Shown: in pieces, positions 30,567 to 41,551 of the stretch
How positions within the stretch are numbered: position 1 is the stretch's first letter
Layout of the letters: each line of letters starts with the position of its first letter
NCBI GenBank assembly: GCA_025782575.1
Contig: JALGYY010000048.1
Span: 13,182 to 77,181, forward strand
Length of the DNA: 64,000 nucleotides
From: a bacterium
Lineage (GTDB): Bacteria; Orphanbacterota; Orphanbacteria; Orphanbacterales; Orphanbacteraceae
Direction: 5' to 3'
Notes under the pieces: model-generated
The model's database searches: none
Told to the model about the DNA's origin: nothing
Seen by the model: only the letters and a program-made list of their open reading frames with translations
Made by a program: the position numbers and the translations under genes

Positions 30567-30915
30567 TTACATCAGTGCTCAGGAATACTTCATGGATCTC
30601 GAGTTTGCTCGGCCCGGAGAACATCTCCGCCGGCGCTCGATTCTTGTGAGCCTCAGCGAAGGCCGGGCTCTTGGTCCACGCGGTAAAATCATCGAGACCG
30701 CGCCACCAGGTCTTGATCTCGTAGAAACCTTCGATTTCGGAATCGTCGATAAATCCTCCCGATCCATGGTCAAAACTCATCGGCCTCGGTCGGTGGACTT
30801 CGTTCCGGATAAAACCTGGTGCTCGATCGACGAGGTGAACTCGCTTCCTGAATCGATCCTCAAAATCAGCCTCGTAACCTTCGGCCACTGGAATACGATT
30901 TGTGACGACGATCAT
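30559..30915 (-). CDS. Antibiotic biosynthesis monooxygenase (IsdG/HmoA-like, possibly haem-degrading)
   Basis: MIVVTNRIPV...FEDRF...PGF...FTAWTKSPAFAEAH. Confidence 0.88.
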   Translation of the reverse strand: MIVVTNRIPVAEGYEADFEDRFRKRVHLVDRAPGFIRNEVHRPRPMSFDHGSGGFIDDSEIEGFYEIKTWWRGLDDFTAWTKSPAFAEAHKNRAPAEMFSGPSKLEIHEVFLSTDVND

Positions 30916-31149
30916 GATTTCTCCTTAACGATCTCAGAACCCTGTGGCTTCAGTCAATCTCGCCGGCACTGGCCTGTTTGATCCTATCCGAGCGCGGCTC
31001 ACGATTGATTCCACGATACCACAACCAATCTCTGGTATATATAATAGGTGTGCAAACAAGAGCAATCATGCCTGAAAATGTCCTCTAATTCTGGGGGGAA
31101 GGTCCCATCAATTCTGGAACCGTACAGCTATCCATGAGGGCTCCTGCCG

Positions 31150-33405
31150 GTGATCGGTAGAATGCTCGGCCACTACAGGATCGAAAAACAATTGGGATCG
31201 GGTGGTATGGGTGTGGTTTATCGCGCTCGGGACACGCGCCTGCAACGGCCGGTGGCAATCAAGCTGATTACCGGGCACGAATTGTCCGAAGCGGCTCAGG
31301 CTTTGATCCTCAAGGAAGCGCGGACAGCTTCGTCGTTGAACCATCCGAACATCTGTACGGTACACGAGGTCGGCTAGACAGAATCGAACGCCTACATCGT
31401 CATGGAACTTGTCGAAGGGGTCAATCTCGATGATGTGATTCCCCCATCGGGCATGGAGGAGGAGGACCTCATCTCGCTCGGCGGGCAACTGGCGGACGCC
31501 CTGGCCCACGCCCACGAACGTGGGATCGTTCATCGAGACCTTAAGAGCTCGAATGTGATCGTGACGATAGAGGGACGATTGAAGGTGCTCGATTTCGGCC
31601 TCGCCGAACGACTGAAGGAGAGCGACCCGGACTCGATAGAAACCGAGCTTCTCGAAACGAGACCCACGGCGGGGTCGATTGCCGGCACTCTGCACTACAT
31701 GTCCCCCGAAATTTTGAGCGGGCATTCGGTGGATTTCCGGGGCGACGTCTGGGCGGCCGGTGTCGTGCTCTATGAGATGGCGACCGGTCACTTACCCTTT
31801 CGGGGCAATACGACATTTGAGGTGAGCTCGGCGATTCTTCGAGAGGTTACACCGTCCCTTCCCTCCCATGTACCGTTCGGCGTTCGGCGTATCATCGAGC
31901 AGTGCCTCCAGAAGGATCCTGCGCTCAGATATGCTGCTGGGGACGAGCTCAAGACAGCGCTCGAAACAACCGGATCCGGGGCCGAGAGTGAACGTCCTCC
32001 TGCACGTTCGGGATTCCCGGTAATCCGGGCACTCGTCGTACTTCCCCTGGAAAACTTGTCCGGAGACGAAAGCCAGGACTACTTCGCTGACGGGATGACC
32101 GAAGCGATCACCGCTCGAGTTGCAAGGCTCGGTAAGCTACGGGTGATTTCGCGGACGTCGGCCATGCAGTACAAAGGGACGCGAAAGCCGTTACCGGTGA
32201 TCGCCCGGGAGCTCGGCGTCGACACTGTGGTCGAGGGTTCCGTTGTGCGATCCGGAGACCGCGTTCGGATTACCGCCCAGCTCATCCGGGCAGAGACGGA
32301 TGAACACCTCTGGGGGGAGACCTATGATCGCGATCTTCACGATATTCTGGAACTCCAGGCGGATGTGTCAAAAGCAATCGTGGAGAAGATCCAGGTCAGG
32401 CTGACCGCGAAGGAACGTGCACAACTCTCGGCCGCGAGCCGGGTGGAACCAAAGGCGTACGAAGAATACCTGAAAGGGCGGTATGCCTGGGGGAAGCGAA
32501 CGAGAGATGGTCTGAAGCAGGGGATCACGCACTATCGAAAGGCGATCGACATCGACCCGACTTACGCTCTCGCCTACGCGGGACTCGCCGAATGTTACAA
32601 CGTCCTGGGCTTCCAGGGGACGGTCTCCCCTCGCGACTCTTTCTCTCCGGCGGCTGCGGCGGCGAGGAAGGCGCTCGAGATCGACGACTCCCTCGCAGAA
32701 GCCCATTACTCCCTCGGCTACGCCTCGCTTCACTACCGCTGGAATTGGAAAGAGGCGGGCGACTCGTTTCTTGCGGGGCTCCGGCTCGACCCGAGCTACC
32801 CGACGGGGCATCATTGGTACGCCCTCTACCTGGCAGGACTGGAACGGCGCGAAGAGGCTCTCGCCGAGCTCGAGAAAGCAACTGAGCTGGACCCGCTTTC
32901 GGTGATCATCCGTACGGCATACGCCTGGGTTCATCACTTGTTTCGTGAATTTGACGTCGCGATCGACATGTACGACAAAGCTCTGGATATGAATCCCGAG
33001 TTTTGGGCGGCACGCCTGTTCCGCGGTGTTGCCTATGTGGACAGCTTAAGTTTCGACAAAGCCCTGGCGGCGCTCCCGTCCGTACTCGACGCCTTCGGAA
33101 GAGAGGCTACGGTGATCGGGATATACGGTTACGCGCTCGGGAAGGCTGGCGACAAAGTGAAGGCTCTGGAGTGCCTGCGCGAACTCGAGGATATTTCCCG
33201 GCGGCAATACGTACGCCCGAATGAGTTCGCACGGGTCCACATCGGCCTCGGGGAGACGGACAAGGCAATTGCCTGGCTCGAGAGAGCATTCGAGGAAGGG
33301 GGAAACGGCCTCAACTACATGCACCTCGAGCCCTTCTACGATTCCCTCCGGGACGATGTCCGGTTTCAGGCGCTTGTCAGCCGCGTACTGGAAACACGAT
33401 TGTAG
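31150..33405 (+). pseudogene. Hanks-type Ser/Thr kinase + TolB-like + TPR protein interrupted by one in-frame TAG
   Basis: GSGGMG, VAIK, HPNICTVHEVG*TESNAYIVMELVEG, HRDLKSSN, DFG, YMSPE, VLPLENLSGD and TPRs are all in one frame. TAG at 31375-31377. Confidence 0.85.
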
Positions 33406-33545
33406 CTGGACTCATGTCCATTCACCGGGTTCCTTGCAGATCCGGACAGGCACCAGCCCGTCGCCCCCCCGGTTTGTCACGAGAGCCGGATTGAGTTATG
33501 ATGACTGTGTAATTTGAATCGAAGCGTCCATGGAGACGGAACCCT

Positions 33546-33561
33546 CGGCATAGCCCTTGCA
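33546..33561 (+). promoter_or_regulatory. Putative sigma54 (-24/-12) promoter
   Basis: CGGCATAGCCCTTGCA has GG-N10-GC spacing with TTGCA; lies about 390 nt upstream of the LysM gene. Confidence 0.5.
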
Positions 33562-33949
33562 TCTTGCCCACCACGAACCCCGGCTGAGATTTCACGCAAC
33601 TCCCAGCGGAACTTCGCGATAACAAAAAGTGAGCGGTTGGAATCGGGGCGGTCACGTCCGCGAAAAGGTGACGGTCCACATTCTAAAAAGTGTCGCTCCC
33701 CGAATTGCACGTGAACTGCATACACTTCGGAACCACTCAGCGAAAGGAGGCCGCACTTTCGATCGAGTAGAGTCACCACCATAAAGTCAGATCCCATCAT
33801 TTTAGACGGCGGACTTGTACGTGGGCGAGCGAATGTTCCGGTTTTTCCGTTTGCTTCCCTGCACTGTTTCGTTCCCGGGAAACATGGTGTCCGACACCCG
33901 GAGATTACTTTGTCGGATTGATTGGCCAGCAATTCCAGGAGACAATACG

Positions 33950-35635
33950 ATGCCTACACCAGTAGGAAGCGCCGGTGGCCAGCCCGCCAACACACAAGAG
34001 ACGAAGAAAACGGTGGCGCGCCAAGGCCAGACCCTGAAGCAGATCGCCAACCAGAACGGCACTACCGAGGCGGAGCTGCTCAAGGCAAATCCGCACTTGA
34101 AAGATACGAAGCTCCAGGGGGGGATGGAGATCCGGCTCCCCGACTCTGAAGGGAGGAAGTCCCCGGACAAGGGCAGCACGACCGCAAAACCAGCCGGCCA
34201 TTTGATCGACCTCCACCCCAAGGTTGGTCCGGATCGAGCCCGTGTCGACAGGATTCTGGGAAAAGGACAATTGTTGCAGACCCCATCCGCTGATGGCGTC
34301 CGCACGGTGCAGATGAACGCTTCGGCCAAGGTCGAGCCTCAGCACCTCGACAAGGACTACCTCCTCGATCTAGCGGACAAGTCCCCGAAGGAGCTCCAGA
34401 GCTGGTATGGGACAGCCTCGGATTCGTTGAAACGCAGGGTCCAGGGAACCTTCTCGAAAGTCGATGGGTCGAAGCTGCCCCCAAGTGAAAGATCGAAGCT
34501 GCAGAAGCTCGGGAAAGACTTGAATCGCATTCAGCAGAAGCACAACCAGAAATGGACCGCCGACCATTACGGAAAAATGACGGAGCGGGAGATCATCAAC
34601 GAACTCCAGAACAAGTCGCCGCGACAGATCGTGGAAGATCTAGGGTATCTCAGCACCGGCAGCACCAAGGGCGGAAAGCAGGTTCGGCAGAAGTTCGTTA
34701 ATGCGCTCGAGAGAGGGATGCGGACCCGGCAATCGGGAACCTCGCCAAGCATCAGTTACCCCATGATCAGCCCGGGACATATTTACGAGGCGGCAGCCAA
34801 TTACAGCGGCCCCGGATCCGCGCTCGTGAAGGCCGAGAGCGCCAGAATGCTCTACAACAACACCGACAAAGCAGCAGAAAGGAAATTTCCTGATCCCGAC
34901 CCCAAGATCAAGCAGGGCGGTGCCATGGGGAAGAGAATGTACGCCGCCCGGATGAAGGAGATCGTCGAGGATCGAACAATATTCATGAGAGCCGAACTCG
35001 CGAAAGCTGCTCCTACATTAAAGCGGCTCATGGGTACTGACCCGACCGGCTTCGTCAAGATTATGGAAAACTGGAACGATGGCGCCAAGGTCTTCCCCGA
35101 GATCCTCACCGCCGTCGCGCGCAGCGAGTACAAAAAAGATCCTAAGAAGGGTGCGGAGTTCATCGGCAATATCATCGGAGCAACAGCCGCGGAATTCGGA
35201 AAGTCGGTCGCCAGTTCGAATTATAAAAAGGCGAATACCATGGGCAACGACCTCGGGTTTGTTCTGGGCGCGGCGGAAGTCGCGATCGGAAACATCGCCA
35301 AGGAAGAGAACGCCAAAGTCGACTTCGGAAAGGACGTGATCGGCTTCGCTACCAGAATGATCAAGAAGAGCGGAATCCCCGGTGCGAGTCAGATCGCGGA
35401 GATCACCGACAATATCATCGATGACATGGCGAAGCGTGAAAAGGGCCAGGTGGACAGCTGGAGGGATACGATTTTCTTCGGCTTCAAAGCTCTGATTGTC
35501 GAAACGTACGACAAGGTGAGTCCAAACGCCGGCTATGCCATGGGCAGCCCCGAGGGCATAATCCACGAGGAGAACAAGGACGTCTACAAAACCGGATATC
35601 AGGAGCGCTACAGGGAGGTCAAGAAGGGTTATTAG
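33950..35635 (+). CDS. LysM-domain protein with a long helical C-terminus, no Sec signal peptide
   Basis: RBS AGGAG before ATG 33950; LysM pattern QGQTLKQIANQNGTTEAELLKANP...LQGGMEIRLP. Confidence 0.8.
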   Translation: MPTPVGSAGGQPANTQETKKTVARQGQTLKQIANQNGTTEAELLKANPHLKDTKLQGGMEIRLPDSEGRKSPDKGSTTAKPAGHLIDLHPKVGPDRARVDRILGKGQLLQTPSADGVRTVQMNASAKVEPQHLDKDYLLDLADKSPKELQSWYGTASDSLKRRVQGTFSKVDGSKLPPSERSKLQKLGKDLNRIQQKHNQKWTADHYGKMTEREIINELQNKSPRQIVEDLGYLSTGSTKGGKQVRQKFVNALERGMRTRQSGTSPSISYPMISPGHIYEAAANYSGPGSALVKAESARMLYNNTDKAAERKFPDPDPKIKQGGAMGKRMYAARMKEIVEDRTIFMRAELAKAAPTLKRLMGTDPTGFVKIMENWNDGAKVFPEILTAVARSEYKKDPKKGAEFIGNIIGATAAEFGKSVASSNYKKANTMGNDLGFVLGAAEVAIGNIAKEENAKVDFGKDVIGFATRMIKKSGIPGASQIAEITDNIIDDMAKREKGQVDSWRDTIFFGFKALIVETYDKVSPNAGYAMGSPEGIIHEENKDVYKTGYQERYREVKKGY

Positions 35636-35704
35636 CCTGTAGCGGGTCATCGTAGACGGGACGGAGTCAAGCGAAGAGTTAGCCCCTAATTAAGGAGTTA
35701 GCAA

Positions 35705-36220
35705 ATGCGTAGCTTCCAATCACTGCTCTACGGACTCGCCGCGATCCTAGTCTTTTGTGCCCCACTCCTTGCAGAGATTGAGCAAATTCCGGTCGTTCGG
35801 TTGAGTGCCGATACTGAGGTTGCGGCTACTCCCGAACAAGTATGGAATTTCATGACTTCCGGGAAAAACCTGGTCACATGGTGCCCGTACTGGAAAACTC
35901 CCGACAACGCCAAGATCAGTATCACGTCCGTAGGTGATGTTCTCGACTTTACAGACGATTGGGGCAACGGTGGCCGGTCTGTCATTACCTTTTTGAATGC
36001 CCCTACGGAACTCCGGGTAGCCCATGAGCCAACTAATGGATCGTACATATGCCAAGCTCGTTTGATCCTGGAAGCAACCGAGTCGGGAACGAAAGTCCTC
36101 TACATCGAGCAGTACACCGATGAGAGCACTCCCGAAGAACTGGAATCGACCGCTGCCACGATGGAAACGGCGATGCGCCAAACGCTTGAAACACTCCGGA
36201 GTGGAATCGAAGCGCAATAG
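35705..36220 (+). CDS. Exported SRPBCC/Aha1-like protein
   Basis: RBS AAGGAG; signal peptide; ATPEQVWNFMT...GTKVLYIEQY. Confidence 0.8.
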   Translation: MRSFQSLLYGLAAILVFCAPLLAEIEQIPVVRLSADTEVAATPEQVWNFMTSGKNLVTWCPYWKTPDNAKISITSVGDVLDFTDDWGNGGRSVITFLNAPTELRVAHEPTNGSYICQARLILEATESGTKVLYIEQYTDESTPEELESTAATMETAMRQTLETLRSGIEAQ

Positions 36221-36376
36221 GCGAATCAGTTCACAGGGAGACACCGTCGTTTTCGGGGCCTATCGCAGTCAATCTTTGGCCGGCATGCTGAGACTCAGAG
36301 ACTCGTGTGAATAACCTCGGAATGCGCTAAGAGAGTTTAGTGATCAATCCGGCACCCGTCTCGTCCTCCGTACCTC

Positions 36377-37575
36377 CTACCGAAACATCCCCTTCACTGC
36401 TCCCCAGTTCGTATGCTCCACCGCTGTAGTTCCCCCGCACACAACGTCGAGCGCGCCAATCAAACCATACGCAGCGCCGTCGGGATGATTGCCGGGTGCG
36501 CAGGGTGAGTTGCTGTGGAGGGTGAAGTCACCATTAGGTGCATCACAGAAAAGCGGATCGCTTGAAAAGTTGTCGTTCGCGCCATTCTGTCATTGGCGAA
36601 CCCTTCTGTGAACCTGCAGTTTTGAACGGTTGGCGATGATCCAAACGCACTGACCCCGCCACCGTTATTGGCTCTGTTCCCTGCAAACGTACAGACATCG
36701 ATCACCGGCGCAGAGTTCAACGTGCATAGGACGGCTCCCCCGTAAGCCGCTGCAACATTGTCTGTCAGCAGGCAGGAATTTATGTTGCCGGCCGAGTTGC
36801 GGACATAAATTGCTCCGCCTCCCCCTCCCGCCGTGTTGGCGGCCATCTCGCAGTCCTCGACCGTCACGTCCGACAGTACCCAGGTCGCGATCGCTCCACC
36901 GCCAGTGCCTGCCATGTTCCCTGTAAACGTGCAGCCGATGATGTTGGCTGTTGATGCATGTCCGAGAAACCCTGCGCCTGAGAGCCCGGATTCGTTGTTA
37001 TTAAAATTACAGTCTTCGACTAAAGGGGAGGATTCATGAGAGTCGATTCCCCCACCATGCTCGCCGACTATGTTGCCTACAAAATCGCAGTTCCTGATCG
37101 TGGCGTCCGAGCCAAGTCGAAGACCGATGCCCCCGCCTCGTAACGCCGAGTTTCCCTGGAACAGACAATCCTCGATGGTCGGACTCGATGCGTTGGTACA
37201 GAATACTCCGCCACCGTAGAGGACCGTGGTGCCACCAGTGATGGTGAGGCCGATGATTCTGGACCCACCCCCCTCGCCATTTTGCAGAATGAATCCGCGA
37301 CCGAGGCCGGCAGCATCGACCGTTGTCAAGGCCGCACCGCTTTCGGAAATGACCGTGACCGCCTTGCCCTGGAAGTCAATGTCGCGGTTCCCAACTCCGG
37401 TATGGGTTCCCGCGGCTACCAGAACGGTGTCACCGTTTGATACCGAATCAATCCCTGCTTGAATCGTCGGGGCATCGCCAGTTCCGTCGGTGAGGATGTA
37501 TCAGGTAGCTGCGTGCGCACCCGATACAGAAAAGACAATGGCGATCAGGGTATGGATGATGGTAGAAAGGCGCAT
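36377..37575 (-). pseudogene. Right-handed parallel beta-helix secreted protein with WG..K..FR tag, pseudogene
   Basis: Signal peptide then TGA at 37501-37503 where paralogs have Trp (ATTW); GDAPTIQAGID; GGG/N-ladder repeats. Frame break near 36590 joins to NDNFSSDPLFCD...TAVEHTNWGAVKGMFR. Confidence 0.85.
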
Positions 37576-37580
37576 GATCT

Positions 37581-37636
37581 TACCTCGTAGCTGGAGACCA
37601 GAATGTGCCGGGGGCTACTTTATCCAGTATATCACA
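37581..37636 (-). promoter_or_regulatory. Conserved promoter/leader, copy 1 (TGTGATATACT...CCCGGCACA...CGAGGT)
   Basis: Shared with 56485-56537 and 58010-58063. Confidence 0.6.
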
Positions 37637-37668
37637 GAAGAAGGGGGGCGTCTGAATCACCGACCGTG

Positions 37669-38523
37669 TTATCGCCTTAGCAGTACATCAAATCCTGAAA
37701 CCAGAAGCTCTTCGTCAGGTATTGCGGAAAATTCGGACGCCATTTTGTTCCTGGGTGTTGGCAGGTCCTTCCATGTGGCAACGCTCACATTCTCTACTGA
37801 GAAACCTACTGCCTCAAATCGCCGGATCATATCGCGATACGAGATTCGATTTGTGTAGAAACCCGACCGGGCCATCCACTCGGCTTCCCAGAACCTGCTC
37901 GCTATCCTTTTGTTATTGAGCGCCCCGCCGAGATGGTCTCTCAAGTCAACCTTGTGAGACAGGATACCTCCTGGTCTCACGATTCGATACAATTCTAGCA
38001 ATGTCGAGTCAAACTCATGCTCGCGTATGTGCTCAAGAACAGCATGTGACCAGACAAAATCAACACTGCTCTCCGGAATGGTCATAAGTGACCGGAGACC
38101 ATCTTCCAGATAGATACCACCGTAACGCGAGAGCACTTGATTGAGAGTCGCAGAACCGCCGATATCCGCGACTTCAAAGCCTCGGTCCTTCAGTGCCGCA
38201 ACGACCCTTGTATACACATCAACATCCTCGATGGCAAATCGACCGGTGTCGACAAGGTAACAAGTGGACGCACCATGAGCGCTCGCCACGATTGCCGACG
38301 CCACCGAATCCCCCACCCCGAGTTCGAGGCCGACAAATTCCGATCCGCTCGCATCAGATTTCCATCGGGCGAAGTGTCTCGTGAAGACGCCGATCGCGTA
38401 GGCCGGATCATGCATTTTCCCGCGTCGAAAGACGCCGATGCCGGCAAAGATTCGATAGCCAAGAGGGATCCGAGATAGAACTATCTTTGCAAGAATCTTG
38501 CCCCACCAGGGTATCGCCATCAT
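37669..38523 (-). CDS. Class I SAM-dependent methyltransferase
   Basis: LELGVGDS, VDFVWSHAVLEH, RPGG, VDLRDH. Confidence 0.88.
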   Translation of the reverse strand: MMAIPWWGKILAKIVLSRIPLGYRIFAGIGVFRRGKMHDPAYAIGVFTRHFARWKSDASGSEFVGLELGVGDSVASAIVASAHGASTCYLVDTGRFAIEDVDVYTRVVAALKDRGFEVADIGGSATLNQVLSRYGGIYLEDGLRSLMTIPESSVDFVWSHAVLEHIREHEFDSTLLELYRIVRPGGILSHKVDLRDHLGGALNNKRIASRFWEAEWMARSGFYTNRISYRDMIRRFEAVGFSVENVSVATWKDLPTPRNKMASEFSAIPDEELLVSGFDVLLRR

Positions 38524-38850
38524 TACCCCTATCCCGCGAAGAGGAAAGACCGAGCATCAGCGACTACTTGAAGAAACTCTTCAAGCCGCCCCAGCTGGAT
38601 TCCTCTGCTCATAGTATAGCGCGGAGGGTGACCAGTCACCAGGCTACGCCCACCTAACGGACCAGAGAGATCTTCCTCGACTCCACATGGTCTCCCGCCT
38701 CCAGGCGGAGGGATTGGCGTTCATCCCGTGCGGATTATCCCTCTTCGGCGGACAGCCACCGGACGGAACGATTGGCCCGGGATTTAGGCGATCGTCTATA
38801 CTGGCGAATACACGAACACATGTAGATACTCAGAACGGCAAGAAGACACA

Positions 38851-39945
38851 ATGAAGGATTTTGGCGAAGAGAAGGCGAGATCCCGAAATGGGGGGCGTTT
38901 GGCGTCGTGCATGGGCGGCGTTTTCCTCTTCCTCGCTACGCTGGTTGTGTGCAATTACCTGCTTGATCTCTTCGGCCCATCGCTTCATCCACCGGCCTTC
39001 GCCCAAAAGTTGAAGCACATTGAAGAAAGCGAAGTCGCCTACGATGTTGTGTTCATCGGATCCAGCTATGTTTATCGCCAACTCAATCCAGATGTTTTCG
39101 ACGAGGAAATGGCAAAACAAGGCTACGACCTTCGTTCATATAACATGGGGTTTCCGGGACTCGTGTTCCACGAAATGGATCAACTCCTTGATGATCTCCT
39201 CGCAATCGACTCCAACCAATTACGGTGGATACTCGTCGACGCGGCCAACATGGATGTAAATCGAAAACGACAGAATCGACTCACTTCGAGAGCCATCTGG
39301 GGAGCTACACCTGGACATACTTGGTCATATTGTCGGGGTATTCTGGCCTCATCGGATCCCTGGCCCCAGAAGCTCGGCATCCTTCTGAACCAGACAGTCA
39401 GCGCGTGCGCACGGAGCCTGCACATCGGCACAGGTCAAGGCTTAATCAATCAGACCATGTCTTCCGGCGAGATGGGTGGCGCATTAGATTCGACCGAGGT
39501 CCTCCAACGTGGATTCTTCTCCCTCGATCAATCACGCGACAAGAACGATCTGATACAAATCAGGCGTCGAAACGCATTCTTAAGAGCTGCTTCCAAGTGG
39601 CCGAGACGGGTGGAACGGTTTCGACAGCAAGCCCCGGACTCCACAGAGTTGTCCAAGGAGTACCTTCGTGCCGCCTATTCGCACCAAGTACAGAAGATCC
39701 ACAATCATGGGGTGGCAGCGATATACGTGCTGTCACCGTGCCTGCATCCGCATTTCCGGATCGAGGATTTGGCGAAAGAGGGCGTGATTCCGAAGTTGTT
39801 CGCATACAACCTGCCTGAGGATTTCCCAGAGCTCTACGCGGCGAATATGCGTTCGAACTTCAACCATCTCACCGAGGAGGGGGCTGACCTATACACTCGG
39901 CAGGTTGCACGCGACTTCTCCGCCTACCTAAAAGAGATCCAATAA
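38851..39945 (+). CDS. SGNH/DltD-like periplasmic acyltransferase partner
   Basis: N-terminal TM; FIGSS; YNMGFPG; NHLTEEGA; abuts the MBOAT gene. Confidence 0.7.
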   Translation: MKDFGEEKARSRNGGRLASCMGGVFLFLATLVVCNYLLDLFGPSLHPPAFAQKLKHIEESEVAYDVVFIGSSYVYRQLNPDVFDEEMAKQGYDLRSYNMGFPGLVFHEMDQLLDDLLAIDSNQLRWILVDAANMDVNRKRQNRLTSRAIWGATPGHTWSYCRGILASSDPWPQKLGILLNQTVSACARSLHIGTGQGLINQTMSSGEMGGALDSTEVLQRGFFSLDQSRDKNDLIQIRRRNAFLRAASKWPRRVERFRQQAPDSTELSKEYLRAAYSHQVQKIHNHGVAAIYVLSPCLHPHFRIEDLAKEGVIPKLFAYNLPEDFPELYAANMRSNFNHLTEEGADLYTRQVARDFSAYLKEIQ

Positions 39946-41352
39946 GTGCTGTTTACGCAGCCCATTTTTCTCATCTATTTTGCTCTCGTGTTCTGCCTGC
40001 ACTGGACTATACAGCGAAACAGCGCACGAAAGGTCATGCTCCTGGCTGCGAGCTATGTCTTCTATGCGGGCTGGGACTGGCGATTCCTGATTCTCATCGC
40101 TGCCTCGACGATCATTGACTTCGCGGTCGGTCTGATCCTGCGTGCGCCTCGGCCGGTGCTCAACCGCAAAGTCTGGTTAGTCCTGAGTCTGTCGGCCAAC
40201 CTCGGAATCCTAGGTGTGTTCAAATACTTCAATTTCTTCGTCGAATCGGCCCACGGTCTACTTACTGCAGTCGGAGTCACCCTGGAAGCTCGGATGTTTG
40301 GCATAGTGCTACCCGTGGGGATCAGTTTCTTCACTTTTCAATCGATGAGTTATACCATCGACGTGTATCGAGGGAGGATCAAGCCCGTCCGCAGCTTCAC
40401 TGATTTTGCTCTATTCGTCGCATTCTTCCCGCAGCTCGTCGCCGGCCCCATCGTGCGCGCAGCCACATTTCTCCCGCAGCTCGCCATTCGTCGCCGGCTT
40501 TCCGACGTCATGTTCAAGGGCCCTATCGCCCTTTTTCTTACCGGCTTCATCAAGAAGGTCTGCATAGCGGATAATCTTGCGCCGGTAGTTGATAGTGTAT
40601 TCGCCGATCCGGGAGCATTCGACGTCGTCAGCATTTGGATCGCTGTGCTGTTTTACGCCGCACAGATCTATTGTGATTTCTCCGGCTACACCGACATGGC
40701 CATTGCTGTGGCGCGCTTGCTTGGATATGAACTATGCCTCAATTTCAGCTTTCCCTACTTCGCTTCAAATATTCAGGAGTTCTGGAGGAGGTGGCACATC
40801 AGTCTCTCGACGTGGCTCCGCGACTACCTCTACATCTCCTTAGGAGGAAACCGGGGATCAAAGTTATTTGCTATGCGAAATCTCATGCTCACCATGTTAC
40901 TCGGCGGTTTCTGGCACGGTGCATCCTGGAACTTCGTCGTCTGGGGTGGCCTGCACGGATTCGCGCTAGTGGTACACCGGATCTATCAAGAAACAGTTGG
41001 CGGGAATCGGTACGTGGCCGGATTAATGAAGATGTTTGGTATTGTGCTGACCTTCTATTGGGTGTGCTTGACCTGGATCTTCTTTCGGGCCACCAATTTT
41101 GCGGACGCCTACACTTGCCTCAAAGCATTCGTGATTTTCCAATCACCCGGCCAGGCAACATTAGGCCCTGAACTGCTCTGGTGGTTACCACCAATGATAC
41201 TGGCGCACTGGATCATGTACCGACGCCCCATCGAGGAACGTGTCGAGCAAGTGCCCAACTGGGCGTGCGCCATCGGGTACGGCCTGGCAACATTTTTTGC
41301 GCTGCTGTTCCTTCGCTTCGGCTACAGTCAATTCATCTACTTTCAATTCTGA
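39946..41352 (+). CDS. MBOAT family O-acyltransferase (AlgI/DltB/PatA-like)
   Basis: LPVGISFFTFQ, FFPQLVAGPI, DFSGYTDMA, FWRRWHISLS, GFWHGA, FIYFQF. Confidence 0.95.
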   Translation: MLFTQPIFLIYFALVFCLHWTIQRNSARKVMLLAASYVFYAGWDWRFLILIAASTIIDFAVGLILRAPRPVLNRKVWLVLSLSANLGILGVFKYFNFFVESAHGLLTAVGVTLEARMFGIVLPVGISFFTFQSMSYTIDVYRGRIKPVRSFTDFALFVAFFPQLVAGPIVRAATFLPQLAIRRRLSDVMFKGPIALFLTGFIKKVCIADNLAPVVDSVFADPGAFDVVSIWIAVLFYAAQIYCDFSGYTDMAIAVARLLGYELCLNFSFPYFASNIQEFWRRWHISLSTWLRDYLYISLGGNRGSKLFAMRNLMLTMLLGGFWHGASWNFVVWGGLHGFALVVHRIYQETVGGNRYVAGLMKMFGIVLTFYWVCLTWIFFRATNFADAYTCLKAFVIFQSPGQATLGPELLWWLPPMILAHWIMYRRPIEERVEQVPNWACAIGYGLATFFALLFLRFGYSQFIYFQF

Positions 41353-41551
41353 GACGAGACACTCTAGAGACGGACTCCGAATAAGCAGATTGGGACCAGG
41401 AAGCCGGGATCAACTCCTGAAAACGCTCGGATCCCCCACATTGCGACCCCGAACGCGGAACAATCCGATCATCTGAATGGACCCCTCGCACGGACTCGCC
41501 GGGTTGATTGTCGTTTTCATTCCCGATGTTAAGATGGCATACTTGTAGTCT

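Noticed and set aside
33726-33765. GGAACC..GCGAAAG..GCCGCA resembling a c-di-GMP-I riboswitch
   Set aside because: P2 pairing and the GCAAA element do not fit convincingly; an Infernal scan would be needed.
24472-37503. TGA at probable Trp positions, suggesting a recoded genetic code
   Set aside because: TGA is a normal stop throughout (ATGA overlaps), and both affected genes carry other lesions.
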